This document shows positions 36,661 through 46,620 of a DNA stretch of 54,823 nt, piece by piece. The first letter of the stretch is position 1, and each line of letters opens with the position of its first letter. This DNA comes from Patescibacteria group bacterium (GTDB taxonomy: Bacteria > Patescibacteriota > Minisyncoccia > Phycocordibacterales > UBA1006), in the NCBI GenBank assembly GCA_028286885.1, contig JAQBQS010000005.1, positions 1 to 54,823 of the forward strand. The letters run 5' to 3'. The position numbers and the translations under genes were made by a program. A model generated the notes under the pieces. It made no database searches. It was not told where the DNA came from and saw only the letters and a program-made list of their open reading frames with translations.

Positions 36661-36966
36661 TTACGATTCCTCCAAAATAATCCTCTTGTCGAACGCTCCT
36701 CTGTCTGCCACCTTGGCATTTTTTATTTCAAGGATATCCTCGTCGGAATAATTCTTGTATTTCTTGATCGCATCGATTACTTCCAAGATGTCGGCAAGTT
36801 CGTCGCGCGATTCGTCCTTCTGGAATTCGGCAACTTCTTCGCCGAGTTTTTCCTTCAGCTTCAGCCAATATTCGGCATCCTCGGCAATATGAGTTTTGTG
36901 AGGCACGCCCTTGGAATCCAGATATTCCGGAATCAGGTCGCGAACGAGTTTGTTATAGACTGTCAT
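36661..36966 (-). CDS. MazG-like NTP pyrophosphohydrolase (PRA-PH-like)
   Basis: YNKLVRDLIPE, EKLGEEVAEF, ELADILEV. Confidence 0.85.
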   Translation of the reverse strand: MTVYNKLVRDLIPEYLDSKGVPHKTHIAEDAEYWLKLKEKLGEEVAEFQKDESRDELADILEVIDAIKKYKNYSDEDILEIKNAKVADRGAFDKRIILEES

Positions 36967-37020
36967 ATTCCGAGTATACCAAAAAACCCCTCTTGCGAGA
37001 AGGTTTGGTTGGTGTCTGAA

Positions 37021-38340
37021 TTAAACGAATGTGAGGGCGATTCCCTTATTTGAGCCTCGTCCTGTTCGTCCGATTCGGTGAACATATGTTTCGTATGATG
37101 ACGGAATTTCGTAGTTGATCACGTGCGTGACGCCCGAAATGTCGAGTCCTCGCGCCGCAACATCAGTCGCGATCAAGACCTGTGAAGACCCTGTCGAGAA
37201 TGCTGCAAGCGCAGCCTGGCGCTGTCGGTGCTCGCGGTCACCGTGGATTGATCCGACCTTGAAACCTCGGTCGAACAATTCGTCATGCAATCGGTCTACC
37301 GATCGTTTTGTTTCGACGAAAATCAGAACCCTTGAGAAATCCTTCGTGCGAAGCATTTCAGAAAGAACTTCCAACTTCTTTGTCTTGTCGGTAACTCGAA
37401 CGACGTCCTGGTCAACGTTCTTTGATGTATCTCGCGTCTTGACCGAAATCTTGACGGGATTCTTCAAGAACTGGTGAACAAGAGCTTCGATTTCCTTGGC
37501 CATTGTTGCCGAGAAGAGAAGCATCTGTCGCTCCGTCGGAATTTCCCGGAGGAAATAACGAACGTCGTCGATGAATCCCATGTCGAGCATTCGGTCGGCC
37601 TCATCGAGGATGACTGTTTTTACGTCCGAAATGTCGAGCTTCTTGCGGTCAAGCAAATCTTTCAATCGTCCCGGCGTACCGATGACGATGTGATGCGTGT
37701 GTTCGAGATTTTTCATCTGCGCGCGAATCGGAGCTCCTCCGACGCATGTGACGTTGAAGATACCGAGCATCTTGGTCAAGTCCATGCACTCCTTCTGGAT
37801 CTGGAGAGCCAGCTCGCGGGTTGGAGTGATGATAATCGCCTTGTGCTTCTTGTCCTTCAAAATCTTGTTGATCGTTGGAATCAAGAATGCGGCTGTCTTG
37901 CCGGTTCCCGTGTTCGCAAGTCCGATGATGTCTCGTCCGTCGATAACGTAAGGAATGGTCTGGTCCTGGATCGGGCTCGGAATGACATAGCCTTTCTTGG
38001 CGATGTTATCCTTAAGCTTCGAATCGATTTTAAAGTCGTTGAACGTGTGGTTCGGCGTAAAAACTTCCTCAACGACGGTCTCAGCTCGGTTAATGAACTT
38101 CGAGATGTCGATGCGGTCGCCTGAGAACTTTCGTCCTCCTCGGCCTCCGCCTCCGTTTCCTCCTCGAAATCCTCCTCCGCTTCGCCCATTGCTAGGCTGT
38201 CGTGAAGATCCTCCTCGGGAATCAGAACGAGAATCGTTTCGTCCTCCTCGCGGAGCTGTTCCTCGTGACGGTCCGCCACGTGAAAATCGCGGCTTTCGCC
38301 CGCCAAAATCGCCAATAGGCGCATTGCTAAGTGTATACAT
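37021..38340 (-). CDS. DEAD-box RNA helicase with N-terminal RGG-rich tail
   Basis: Q motif PSPIQ, ANTGTGKT, PTRELA, TPGR, DEAD, SAT, HRIGRTGR. Confidence 0.95.
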   Translation of the reverse strand: MYTLSNAPIGDFGGRKPRFSRGGPSRGTAPRGGRNDSRSDSRGGSSRQPSNGRSGGGFRGGNGGGGRGGRKFSGDRIDISKFINRAETVVEEVFTPNHTFNDFKIDSKLKDNIAKKGYVIPSPIQDQTIPYVIDGRDIIGLANTGTGKTAAFLIPTINKILKDKKHKAIIITPTRELALQIQKECMDLTKMLGIFNVTCVGGAPIRAQMKNLEHTHHIVIGTPGRLKDLLDRKKLDISDVKTVILDEADRMLDMGFIDDVRYFLREIPTERQMLLFSATMAKEIEALVHQFLKNPVKISVKTRDTSKNVDQDVVRVTDKTKKLEVLSEMLRTKDFSRVLIFVETKRSVDRLHDELFDRGFKVGSIHGDREHRQRQAALAAFSTGSSQVLIATDVAARGLDISGVTHVINYEIPSSYETYVHRIGRTGRGSNKGIALTFV

Positions 38341-38505
38341 ATCTAAAATGTGTGTCTCAAAGGGCTTTCGGCCCGTGCCGTTGCTGAGAATGAATTAAAA
38401 CGGCTTCGTCATCTGACCTCTTGAAATCGTGAGGCACATGAGTGGCCTCGGTTCCGCGGTGCTCAATTTCGAGCGAATTGCGGGAAAAATAAAGAGAAAA
38501 TAACG
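38341..38505 (-). promoter_or_regulatory. Long structured 5' leader of the DEAD-box helicase gene
   Basis: Promoter TTTACT-17-TATTTT (~38513-38541) followed by ~165 nt holding four hairpins. Confidence 0.55.
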
Positions 38506-38571
38506 CTGTATTAAAATAGCATACTTTCATTTTAAAGTAAAGCCCTCATGCAAAAAGCCCCTCTTGGGACT

Positions 38572-38808
38572 TTATGCGGCCTCCTTATGCGACTTCCCAA
38601 TATGGTTCAAGTCATCCTCGAGTTCGTTAATTTTCGTTTGCAATTTGTCTCGGGTTTCAAAATCAGAATTCGTTTCATTTCCCATTGCAAACCTTTTAGT
38701 TATCGGATCGAGCTCTTTCTGGCATTTTTCCAGTTCCTTATGAAGCTCAATCGGATCTTTCGGCTCTTCGTCTTTTCTACCCCAAGAAAGTTTTTCCAAA
38801 AGTCCCAT
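38572..38808 (-). CDS. Small coiled-coil hypothetical protein
   Basis: 78-aa ORF abutting the gap stop. Confidence 0.6.
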   Translation of the reverse strand: MGLLEKLSWGRKDEEPKDPIELHKELEKCQKELDPITKRFAMGNETNSDFETRDKLQTKINELEDDLNHIGKSHKEAA

Positions 38809-38809
38809 A

Positions 38810-39847
38810 TTATTTGATGCTCTGCCCTGTCTTGATCACATGTTCGACCAAGCTCGAGGTGTATCCCCACTCGTTATCGTACCAACCGAGAACTTTGACA
38901 AGATTGCCGCCAACCACGCGCGTCATCGCGAGATCCGCAATCGATGCGTGCGAGTTGCCGAGAATGTCCGATGACACAAGCGGCTCGTTCGTAACCGAGA
39001 ATACCTTCTTCCACTGATCTGATGCTGCTGCATCCGTGAGAATCTTGTTCACTTCTTCAGCCGTCGTCGGCCGCTTCGCGATGAACGTCACGTCAACGAT
39101 CGATCCTGCAGGAACCGGAACACGCAAAGAAATTCCATCGAAGAGTCCTTCGAGTGAAGGATACGCTTTCGTAACAGCAATCGCAGCCCCCGTTGAGCTT
39201 GGCACGATGTTCTGGGCAGCAGCGCGCCCTTCTCGCAAATCTTTTTTCGAAGGTCCGTCAACCAATGATTGTGATGCCGTGTATCCATGCGTCGTATTCA
39301 AGATAGCTTTCTCAATTCCGATTGCCGCATCCAAAATTCCGATGAGCGGTGATGCCGCGTTTGTCGTGCACGAAGCGTTCGATGTAATGTCGCACGTTCC
39401 GAACTGCTGTTCGTTCACGCCCATCAGGATCGTCGCACCTTGAACACCGGCATCATCGCCTTCCTTCGCCGGGGCCGTGATGACAACCTTCTTGGCACCG
39501 TCATCGATATGGAACTTGGCCTTATCAAAAGCCGTGAAGAGTCCTGTCGACTCGACAACAACGTCAATGTTCAAGTCCTTCCATGGAAGCTTTGTCGTGT
39601 CTTTCTCAGAAATAAAATTCACCATCTTGCCGTCCAAAATAAAATTCTTCTCGTCGTGCTTTACGTCGTGATGCCACTGCCGATACACGGTGTCGTATTT
39701 GAGCAAGTATGACAGGCTCTCGAGGCTTCCCAGGTCGTTGATGGCTACGATTTCAAGTTCGGGACGATCCCATGCGATTTTGAGGAACGCGCGCCCGATG
39801 CGCCCGAATCCATTAATTGCAACGCGAATTTTTTTGTCTGTATTCAT
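38810..39847 (-). CDS. gap: Glyceraldehyde-3-phosphate dehydrogenase (type I)
   Basis: INGFGRIGR, VVESTG, SNASCTTN, LRVPV, WYDNEWGY. Confidence 0.97.
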   Translation of the reverse strand: MNTDKKIRVAINGFGRIGRAFLKIAWDRPELEIVAINDLGSLESLSYLLKYDTVYRQWHHDVKHDEKNFILDGKMVNFISEKDTTKLPWKDLNIDVVVESTGLFTAFDKAKFHIDDGAKKVVITAPAKEGDDAGVQGATILMGVNEQQFGTCDITSNASCTTNAASPLIGILDAAIGIEKAILNTTHGYTASQSLVDGPSKKDLREGRAAAQNIVPSSTGAAIAVTKAYPSLEGLFDGISLRVPVPAGSIVDVTFIAKRPTTAEEVNKILTDAAASDQWKKVFSVTNEPLVSSDILGNSHASIADLAMTRVVGGNLVKVLGWYDNEWGYTSSLVEHVIKTGQSIK

Positions 39848-39880
39848 GACAAAATTATATCACAAATCAAAAAACCGCAA

Positions 39881-40258
39881 TTACGCGGCTTCTCTGAATA
39901 CGTCTCGAGAAATCAGCGGCTGGCCGTCTATTCCGAGGATATCCTTGCAATACTCGCGCAATCGTTCATCGTCATTTGCGAGCGAGAGCTTGCCGGACTC
40001 TGTCACGGTTGCGCGCGGAAATCCGAGTTCCTTGTTAATGAGGTTCGCCGCTGCTGCGCCTGACCAGTCGCGGTCAGGCGATTCGGGAAGCTTGAATCTC
40101 TCCTTGTAAGGCCTGGTAATCTCGTCCCTGTTTGGATCGTTCAAGTACTCCCACGCTTTGAACTTCTTCCCATAATCCGGCACATCTTCCAGATATTTGG
40201 GTATCTCGAGCTGATTATCCTTGTTTACAATCATTTTTAGTTGGATATTTTCATTCAT
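39881..40258 (-). CDS. Hypothetical protein
   Basis: 125-aa ORF with its own promoter. Confidence 0.55.
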   Translation of the reverse strand: MNENIQLKMIVNKDNQLEIPKYLEDVPDYGKKFKAWEYLNDPNRDEITRPYKERFKLPESPDRDWSGAAAANLINKELGFPRATVTESGKLSLANDDERLREYCKDILGIDGQPLISRDVFREAA

Positions 40259-40361
40259 GGGATAAGTATACAGAACTTATTGCCAAGAAAACAGAATATT
40301 TGACAATAAAAATAAAAAGAGTATTATAAAGAAAATTTTAAAACACTATAAATAACAATTT

Positions 40362-40778
40362 ATGAGATCACACCTGAGAGTTTCCCAGCTCACCCCTCTT
40401 GATACGACTTTTTTCCTAAGGATGTTTTATATCCTGTGGAATGCAGCTCTTACGGCTATCTTGTGCTTATCAACGACTCATGAACGTCTGCCCGTTCCTC
40501 CGCTCGAGCATTACATGATTTATGTATGCGCATGCATAGGAATAACAGCAGTGTCATATCTGCTTGGAATAAAAGTAAAGTTAAGTCCAACCTTGGGATT
40601 CATAGAGCCGTCATCTGAGATAAAAACAAAAACCAATTTTTGGCTTTATCCCTTCTCGCTTCTCGGACAAATGACCCCGGTTTGGATGTTGTTATTCGGA
40701 ACGCCGGTTGCTGTTCTGATACTTATTTCAGCAATTTATCTGAGCGGCAGAACTATCAAGGTAACTATTTTTCAGTAA
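40362..40778 (+). CDS. Hypothetical membrane protein
   Basis: Multiple TM segments; TTGACA promoter at ~40299; terminator at 40783-40812. Confidence 0.65.
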   Translation: MRSHLRVSQLTPLDTTFFLRMFYILWNAALTAILCLSTTHERLPVPPLEHYMIYVCACIGITAVSYLLGIKVKLSPTLGFIEPSSEIKTKTNFWLYPFSLLGQMTPVWMLLFGTPVAVLILISAIYLSGRTIKVTIFQ

Positions 40779-40811
40779 AAATTTAAACCGCCGAATATAT
40801 TCGGCGGTTTT

Positions 40812-43778
40812 TTATTTCCCAAAAATCATTTCCATCCTCTTGCAGTATTCGCACTCGGTATTCCCTCCGTACGATTTCTCATTACACGGTCGGTCGGTCC
40901 ACGAACCGGATTTCAAAGCCTGGTCAAAATCTGAAATATCCTTGATGAGAGATTCGATTTCGTGATCAGTAATGTGCGTTCTGTATATTGCATTCTTGTC
41001 TCCTGATTTCGCTTCGAGAAATATTAATTTTGATTCTGCGACATGCGTTCCCTTCTCGGCTCCATTTAATAAGTAAGAATACATCGCAAGCTGGCGCATG
41101 TAATTGCTCATCCGTCCCTCGTCGGTGATTTTTTCGATCGAAGGTTTTGTTTTCGACGAACCTGTTTTGAAATCGCTGACGATTACGCTGCCGTCGGGAA
41201 ACCGTTCCGTCAGATCGATTTTTCCCGTCATCGAAAGATTTGGAAATTTGAGATCACGGAAAAATACGTTTCGTTCGGTTTCGTAACTTTTGGAAAATTC
41301 AGGAAGAATATTTTTTACCCACGACGAAATCACGGGGATAGCCTGGCGCGTCATAGTGATAACTAAATGCCGATAATTCTTGCATTGGTTATCCGCAACG
41401 CGCGAAATGATTTCCTTGATTGCCTTCTCATCGGGGATAATTCTTGATTTCAAGATTTCCTCGATCACGGAATGCACGATGCTTCCGAAGATGAGCGACT
41501 CGGATTCAGGTTCCGGCATTTGGATGAAATTCCTGAAATACCATTTCCACGGGCATTCGAAAAAGTTATTGAGGTGCGTTACCGAAATGCGCTGTTTCTC
41601 GTATTCTCCTGCAACTAATTTTGCAATATCAGATTTCGTTGCTACGGCAGTTTCACTAATTGAAATTCCGTAGATTTTCGGATCATGCGCAAGAATGATT
41701 GACTCTGCCTGCGTTGTGGTTTCGCGAACGGCATCCATGTCGGCGAAAATCGGCGAGAGAGATTGGTCGCCGCCCGTGTATCCCTTGCGGGCGTATGAGA
41801 TAGTGCAAAATCGTTTCGCGCGCGTAATAGCGACATAAATCTGACGCTTCAAAACTTCCTCGTCGCGATCCTCAATTTTTTCCAAGATCGATTCGGGCAA
41901 TGTGAATCCTGATCGATTTTTTCCGCCAAGCGATTTCTCGTCCATGTGAGCAATGAATACGGCTTCGTATTCCAAACCCTTGGACGCATGGAGCGTCATG
42001 ATGCGCACGCCGGAATCTCCGGCAATAATGGCAAGCGGGATATCAGAGCCGTATTCTTGCAAACGATCGATATATTCCAAGAATTCGATCAAACTTACAT
42101 TTGGATTTCGCTCCAGCTGAGACGTTGCAAGATGGATAAACGAACGAACGATTTCGATCCGCCGGATCAGCGTCGCATGGTCTGTCGCCGTTTTGAACAA
42201 AAGTTCGTCTGCGACTGTCTGGATAATTCTCGTGACATCGGAATTCCCGAGCGAAATAAATGAAGACAGTTTCTCGCCCCATGCGCGCACGGGATCCGTC
42301 TCAGGAAGCAGCGTCGGCTGCTCTTTCCCGACAAGGTCGTCTATCGAAAGATTTCGAGTATTGGCATCGCGCAAAAACCGATGCGCAACAATCGGCGGAA
42401 TCTGTGAAATTTCATCGAGAACTGATTCTGCGATGAGTACAGGAGAAAACGGCGCGGAAATAATTCCGAGCACGCGGCGGAAAGCAACGCTATCCGCCGC
42501 GCTAAAGAGCGACGTGCTCCCGCCTTCGGCAACCGCAATTCCCATCCCTCGAAGCGTAATTGCCGCAGACTTAACATGCTTGTTCTTCGGAACAAGAATA
42601 GCAATATGATTCGGATCGATTCCATCATCGATAAATTTCTTAATCCTGATTCCCGCAAGCAAGATTTCATCGCGCGCGAAATCGCATTCGGAAATGACAA
42701 CCGGCGCATCGCCCGCCACATTGCTTTTAAGTTTTCCATCGGCCATGACGCTCGAGAGAAGCTTGTCGGCGGTATCGAGAATCACTTGAGTCGAACGGTA
42801 ATTCTCGACAAGCGTAATCAGTTTCGTATGCCCGAACATTGTTCTGAAATCTTCAAAATAATCGAGCGATGCTCCGCCGAATCCGTAAATGAGCTGCCTG
42901 TCGTCGCCCACGACAAACACGTTCGGCTGCTCGACGTCACCCCACACCGCGCGCAAGAACTGGTTCTGCACGCCGCTCGAGTCCTGATGTTCGTCAATCA
43001 GGACGTATTGGAAATTGATTTGCAGATCCGCACGGACGTCTTCGGACTCCTCGGCAATCTTAACTGCGTATTCGAGCACGTCGTCGTAGTCCATGAATCC
43101 CCTTTCGCGTTTTGCTTCCTCGTATTTTTCATAAAACGAAACGACTTCTCGCGACCGCTCGAGCCCGTCGATTTTCGACTGGATCTCTTTCTTGATCTGC
43201 CCTTTCGTCTCGCCGCGGCTTGAAATGCTTGCAGGGTCTTCTTGCAAACTTTTTATCTCCGCATCAATTGCAGATCGAAAATCATTCGGCGACAAACGCT
43301 CGCGCTTCATGATTGAAACGAGGGATTTGAGTTCTCGGAAATACATCGCCCCGTTTCCGCGCGGGCGGATATGTTCCCATACGTTTGTTTCAAGAATCTC
43401 GTCAGAAATTGAAATCGAATCCGTCTCGTCCATCAGTTTCGGCGCGGCGAAAAATCCAAGCACCGAAAAATTCTTCTCGACGATGTCGGACGCAAAGCTG
43501 TGGAACGTCGAGACGCGGACCTGTACGGATTGTCCGCCGATGTACCGCGACAATCGCTCGCGCATCGCACGGACGCCGGCATTCGTAAACGTCAGGCACA
43601 GAACCTCGTTTGCCTTGGCGCGGTTTTCCGAAACGATGTTGATGATGCGCAAAGCCAGGACTTCGGTCTTACCCGTTCCCGGCCCTGCCACGACCATGAC
43701 CGGACCTTCCGTCGTGTCCACCGCCAATTTCTGCTCCTTATTGAGTTTTTCATACGCGGTTTTAAAAGCGCTTTGCAT
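40812..43778 (-). CDS. UvrD/REP helicase with C-terminal PD-(D/E)XK (RecB/Cas4-like) nuclease; AdnA/B-like
   Basis: AGPGTGKT, LTFTN, IDEHQD, VGDDRQ, NYRS, TLHASKGLE, YVAITRAK; GKIDL..VSDFKTG, QLAMY; CPW..C..CEYC Fe-S cysteines. Confidence 0.9.
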   Translation of the reverse strand: MQSAFKTAYEKLNKEQKLAVDTTEGPVMVVAGPGTGKTEVLALRIINIVSENRAKANEVLCLTFTNAGVRAMRERLSRYIGGQSVQVRVSTFHSFASDIVEKNFSVLGFFAAPKLMDETDSISISDEILETNVWEHIRPRGNGAMYFRELKSLVSIMKRERLSPNDFRSAIDAEIKSLQEDPASISSRGETKGQIKKEIQSKIDGLERSREVVSFYEKYEEAKRERGFMDYDDVLEYAVKIAEESEDVRADLQINFQYVLIDEHQDSSGVQNQFLRAVWGDVEQPNVFVVGDDRQLIYGFGGASLDYFEDFRTMFGHTKLITLVENYRSTQVILDTADKLLSSVMADGKLKSNVAGDAPVVISECDFARDEILLAGIRIKKFIDDGIDPNHIAILVPKNKHVKSAAITLRGMGIAVAEGGSTSLFSAADSVAFRRVLGIISAPFSPVLIAESVLDEISQIPPIVAHRFLRDANTRNLSIDDLVGKEQPTLLPETDPVRAWGEKLSSFISLGNSDVTRIIQTVADELLFKTATDHATLIRRIEIVRSFIHLATSQLERNPNVSLIEFLEYIDRLQEYGSDIPLAIIAGDSGVRIMTLHASKGLEYEAVFIAHMDEKSLGGKNRSGFTLPESILEKIEDRDEEVLKRQIYVAITRAKRFCTISYARKGYTGGDQSLSPIFADMDAVRETTTQAESIILAHDPKIYGISISETAVATKSDIAKLVAGEYEKQRISVTHLNNFFECPWKWYFRNFIQMPEPESESLIFGSIVHSVIEEILKSRIIPDEKAIKEIISRVADNQCKNYRHLVITMTRQAIPVISSWVKNILPEFSKSYETERNVFFRDLKFPNLSMTGKIDLTERFPDGSVIVSDFKTGSSKTKPSIEKITDEGRMSNYMRQLAMYSYLLNGAEKGTHVAESKLIFLEAKSGDKNAIYRTHITDHEIESLIKDISDFDQALKSGSWTDRPCNEKSYGGNTECEYCKRMEMIFGK

Positions 43779-43872
43779 GCGGAAAGTATAGCATCCGAGG
43801 TTGCTTGACATAAAATTCCTCCTTGGTATAGTATCCTCCAACGATTTTCTTTACCAAACCAAATCAACAGCT

Positions 43873-44169
43873 ATGAGCAGTCAGCAAATGGGAAGCGATG
43901 CCTTCCATGTATCATGCGATGTGAATGTCGCAAAGACGATGATCCGAAGCCTTTATACCGATTTTGTCTCAACAAAAGACGAGGAAGCGAAAACTATCGC
44001 AGCCCTCAGTATGGACAAGATCGCCAAGGACCGAGGGGTTTCCTTATCCGAACTTGGACTGGGAGTGAGCGAAAACATCTCCGTGATCAAAGAAGTGGCG
44101 GAATACGAAGTAATTATTGCCATGAAGAAAATCAACGCGCCCAAGGAAAACCTGGTGGAAGTTAGCTAA
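43873..44169 (+). CDS. Hypothetical protein
   Basis: 98-aa ORF after TTGACA-17-TATAGT promoter. Confidence 0.6.
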   Translation: MSSQQMGSDAFHVSCDVNVAKTMIRSLYTDFVSTKDEEAKTIAALSMDKIAKDRGVSLSELGLGVSENISVIKEVAEYEVIIAMKKINAPKENLVEVS

Positions 44170-44282
44170 AAATCAAGACATGCGGCCCCCATTGGAGGTC
44201 GCATTTTTTCTTGACTTTAAAATTACGCGGTGCTATAAAAGTAAGGAGATTCTTTCATTAATTTAAAAAACCAACCAGAGCT

Positions 44283-44549
44283 ATGTCGTCAGGTACTTCA
44301 ACAGCAACCCCTGCAACAGGGACGGGAACCCAATTACAAATCCGAGTAACCAAAGTCTACGAGTCGACCCGCGAGGGATACGGCAAGAACGTGCACTACC
44401 TCACAAGGGTGGACACGAACAAGGACGGCGAAAGGTATTATGTCCAATCCAATGACAAAGATCCGAAAATCCGAACGGACAGAAGGATCAGCGTAAAGGA
44501 AACCGGACAGGAATTTAATTCCCAACCTATTGTAGAAATAGCAGTATGA
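44283..44549 (+). CDS. Hypothetical small beta-barrel (OB-like?) protein
   Basis: 88-aa beta-rich ORF; terminator-TTGACT promoter module at 44178-44238. Confidence 0.6.
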   Translation: MSSGTSTATPATGTGTQLQIRVTKVYESTREGYGKNVHYLTRVDTNKDGERYYVQSNDKDPKIRTDRRISVKETGQEFNSQPIVEIAV

Positions 44550-44601
44550 CAAATCTCATTTAATTAACCAAAAAAAACTGGCCTCCCGTTCGGAAGGCCT
44601 T

Positions 44602-45456
44602 TTATTTTTTCAGATTAATGCGGCCGTTTTTAACTTCAAGAATTCCCTCGCGTTCCATTTTGGAAATGATCGTTTCCACGCGATCGACGTCGCCGGAAAG
44701 ATCAGAAACGTTTTTCAAGATTCCGGAAAGGGAATCTTTTTTCTTGTCCAAAAGGATGCCGAGAATGCGGCTGCGGATTTCACGGTCGCTTCCCTCGAAC
44801 TTGGACTGCTTGGAATAATGGCGGCTTTTGACATTCGGATTGTATTTCTTGCCTGCACGTTTCAATTCCCTACCAAGATGCGAACCGTAATCCATGAGCG
44901 CCCAATACCATTCCCGGATATTCTTCTCGGGAAGCGTCTGCAAAACTAAATTAAGAATCTCGGAATCATGGATTTTTTCAGCTGAATTCTTGAAAAAGTA
45001 ATTTATAAAAACTCTCCGAATATTCGTTTCAATCATGACGGCTTTTTGGTCATACGCAAACGACATGACCGCGCCGGCCGTGTACGGACCGATGCCGGGA
45101 AGTTCCATGATTTCATCGAGGGTCTTTGGAAATTTCCCGCCGTATTTTTTCACGAGAATTTCCGCCGCGTTTTTCAAGCGGATCGCGCGAGAGTTGTAGC
45201 CGAGCCCTTTCCACATTTTAAGAACGTCGATCGTGGGGGCGGCTGCAAGGTCGTGGGCCGTCGGAAAGCGCGCCATCCAGTTTTCGAAGAAGAGCACGAC
45301 CCGGTCTACTTGCGTCTGCTGCAGCATCACCTCCGAAATCCAGATCCTGTAAGGATTTATCTTTTTGCGCCAAGGAAGCGACGCGCGCTTGTTCGCCTCG
45401 TAGTAGTCCATTATGAGCCTTTGGAAATCAGCTTTTCTTTTCGGCGAAAGTTTCAT
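44602..45456 (-). CDS. mutY: MutY-like A/G-specific adenine glycosylase lacking the Fe-S cysteines
   Basis: LPWR, WISEVMLQQTQV, WKGLGYNSRA, LPGIGPYTAGAV, ETNIRRV; no CxxxxxxCxxC. Confidence 0.85.
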   Translation of the reverse strand: MKLSPKRKADFQRLIMDYYEANKRASLPWRKKINPYRIWISEVMLQQTQVDRVVLFFENWMARFPTAHDLAAAPTIDVLKMWKGLGYNSRAIRLKNAAEILVKKYGGKFPKTLDEIMELPGIGPYTAGAVMSFAYDQKAVMIETNIRRVFINYFFKNSAEKIHDSEILNLVLQTLPEKNIREWYWALMDYGSHLGRELKRAGKKYNPNVKSRHYSKQSKFEGSDREIRSRILGILLDKKKDSLSGILKNVSDLSGDVDRVETIISKMEREGILEVKNGRINLKK

Positions 45457-45494
45457 ATACTGCGCCCATATTAGCAAATTAACGGCAAATTTAC

Positions 45495-45836
45495 ATGGAT
45501 GTATTAGTCAAGAAAACAGGCGGGTTCGTAACGGAATTCAAGGAGTTCGCAATGAAAGGTAACATGATCGACCTCGCGGTCGGCGTCGTAATCGGAACGG
45601 CGTTCAACGCGGTCGTCACATCCCTGGTCAACGACATCATCATGCAGGGCGTAGCGTGGGCGTTCGGCCAGCCGAATTTCAATGCAATCGTGATCGGACC
45701 GATTCATATCGGAAATTTCATTACGGCGCTCGTGAACTTCCTCATCATCGCTCTGTCGGTCTTCGTCACGATTAAAATTATGATGAAATGGATGCCGAAG
45801 AAAAAGGAAGTATTAGTTGTAGAGGAAGCAAAGTAA
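45495..45836 (+). CDS. mscL: Large-conductance mechanosensitive channel
   Basis: EFKEFAMKGNMIDLAVGVVIGTAF, IGNFITALVNFLII. Confidence 0.95.
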   Translation: MDVLVKKTGGFVTEFKEFAMKGNMIDLAVGVVIGTAFNAVVTSLVNDIIMQGVAWAFGQPNFNAIVIGPIHIGNFITALVNFLIIALSVFVTIKIMMKWMPKKKEVLVVEEAK

Positions 45837-45876
45837 TTTGCAAGAAAAAAGCCTTTTTCAAAGGCTTTTAATGTTT

Positions 45877-46143
45877 TTATATGAAGTCTATCTTACGATT
45901 AAGCTCGTCAAGGAGCACTTCGTTCCTCATTGTCCTTTCCACAAGTCTTCCGTATCCGAATATCAAAAGTATCAGCGACAAAGGATTTTTTAAGAGGAAC
46001 TTCCATTTCCTCTTTTGAATTTCTTTGTTCCTTGAATCATTTATCATTTGATTTCTTTTTTTCGCATCTGCGACGCTATCAGGTGTTGCCATATTCTTGA
46101 ATTTTATTTGTTTGAAAATACCATTTAGATGATAAAAAAGCAA
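45877..46143 (-). CDS. Hypothetical protein
   Basis: 88-aa ORF with one hydrophobic segment, downstream of msrB. Confidence 0.5.
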   Translation of the reverse strand: MLFYHLNGIFKQIKFKNMATPDSVADAKKRNQMINDSRNKEIQKRKWKFLLKNPLSLILLIFGYGRLVERTMRNEVLLDELNRKIDFI

Positions 46144-46145
46144 GC

Positions 46146-46595
46146 CTACGCTTGCTTTTTTGGAATAAATTTCATGCTCACCGAGTTTACGCAGAACCGT
46201 TCCCCTGTTGAAATAACACCAGGCTTAAACTGATATCCCTTGATCGGCCCATCAGGAAAAACATGCCCGAGGTGCCCTCCGCATCTACTACATGTTATTT
46301 CAATGCGGTGCATATTTTCCGTATAGTCGTCCGTAAAATCCACACTTCCTGGAATAGCACGATCAAACGCCGGCCACCCGCATCCGGAATCATATTTGTA
46401 GGTCGAGTCAAAAATAGGCTGTTCGCATGCAGCGCAAACGTACGTTCCATCTTTAAACGTGTTCTCGTATTCTCCTGTGCCGGGATATTCCGTTTCTTTT
46501 TGGCGAAGCGCGCGATACTGCTCGGCGGTAAGCTTCTCTTTCCATTCCGAATCGCTTGTATTCTTGTTTAAATTTAAATTATTTTGTATGTCCAT
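46146..46595 (-). CDS. msrB: Peptide-methionine (R)-S-oxide reductase
   Basis: TEYPGTG, CAAC, SGCGWPAF, RIEITCSRCGGHLGHVFPDGP, RFCVNS. Confidence 0.96.
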   Translation of the reverse strand: MDIQNNLNLNKNTSDSEWKEKLTAEQYRALRQKETEYPGTGEYENTFKDGTYVCAACEQPIFDSTYKYDSGCGWPAFDRAIPGSVDFTDDYTENMHRIEITCSRCGGHLGHVFPDGPIKGYQFKPGVISTGERFCVNSVSMKFIPKKQA

Positions 46596-46620
46596 ATTTT
46601 AAAATAATTACTTAAGGGAC

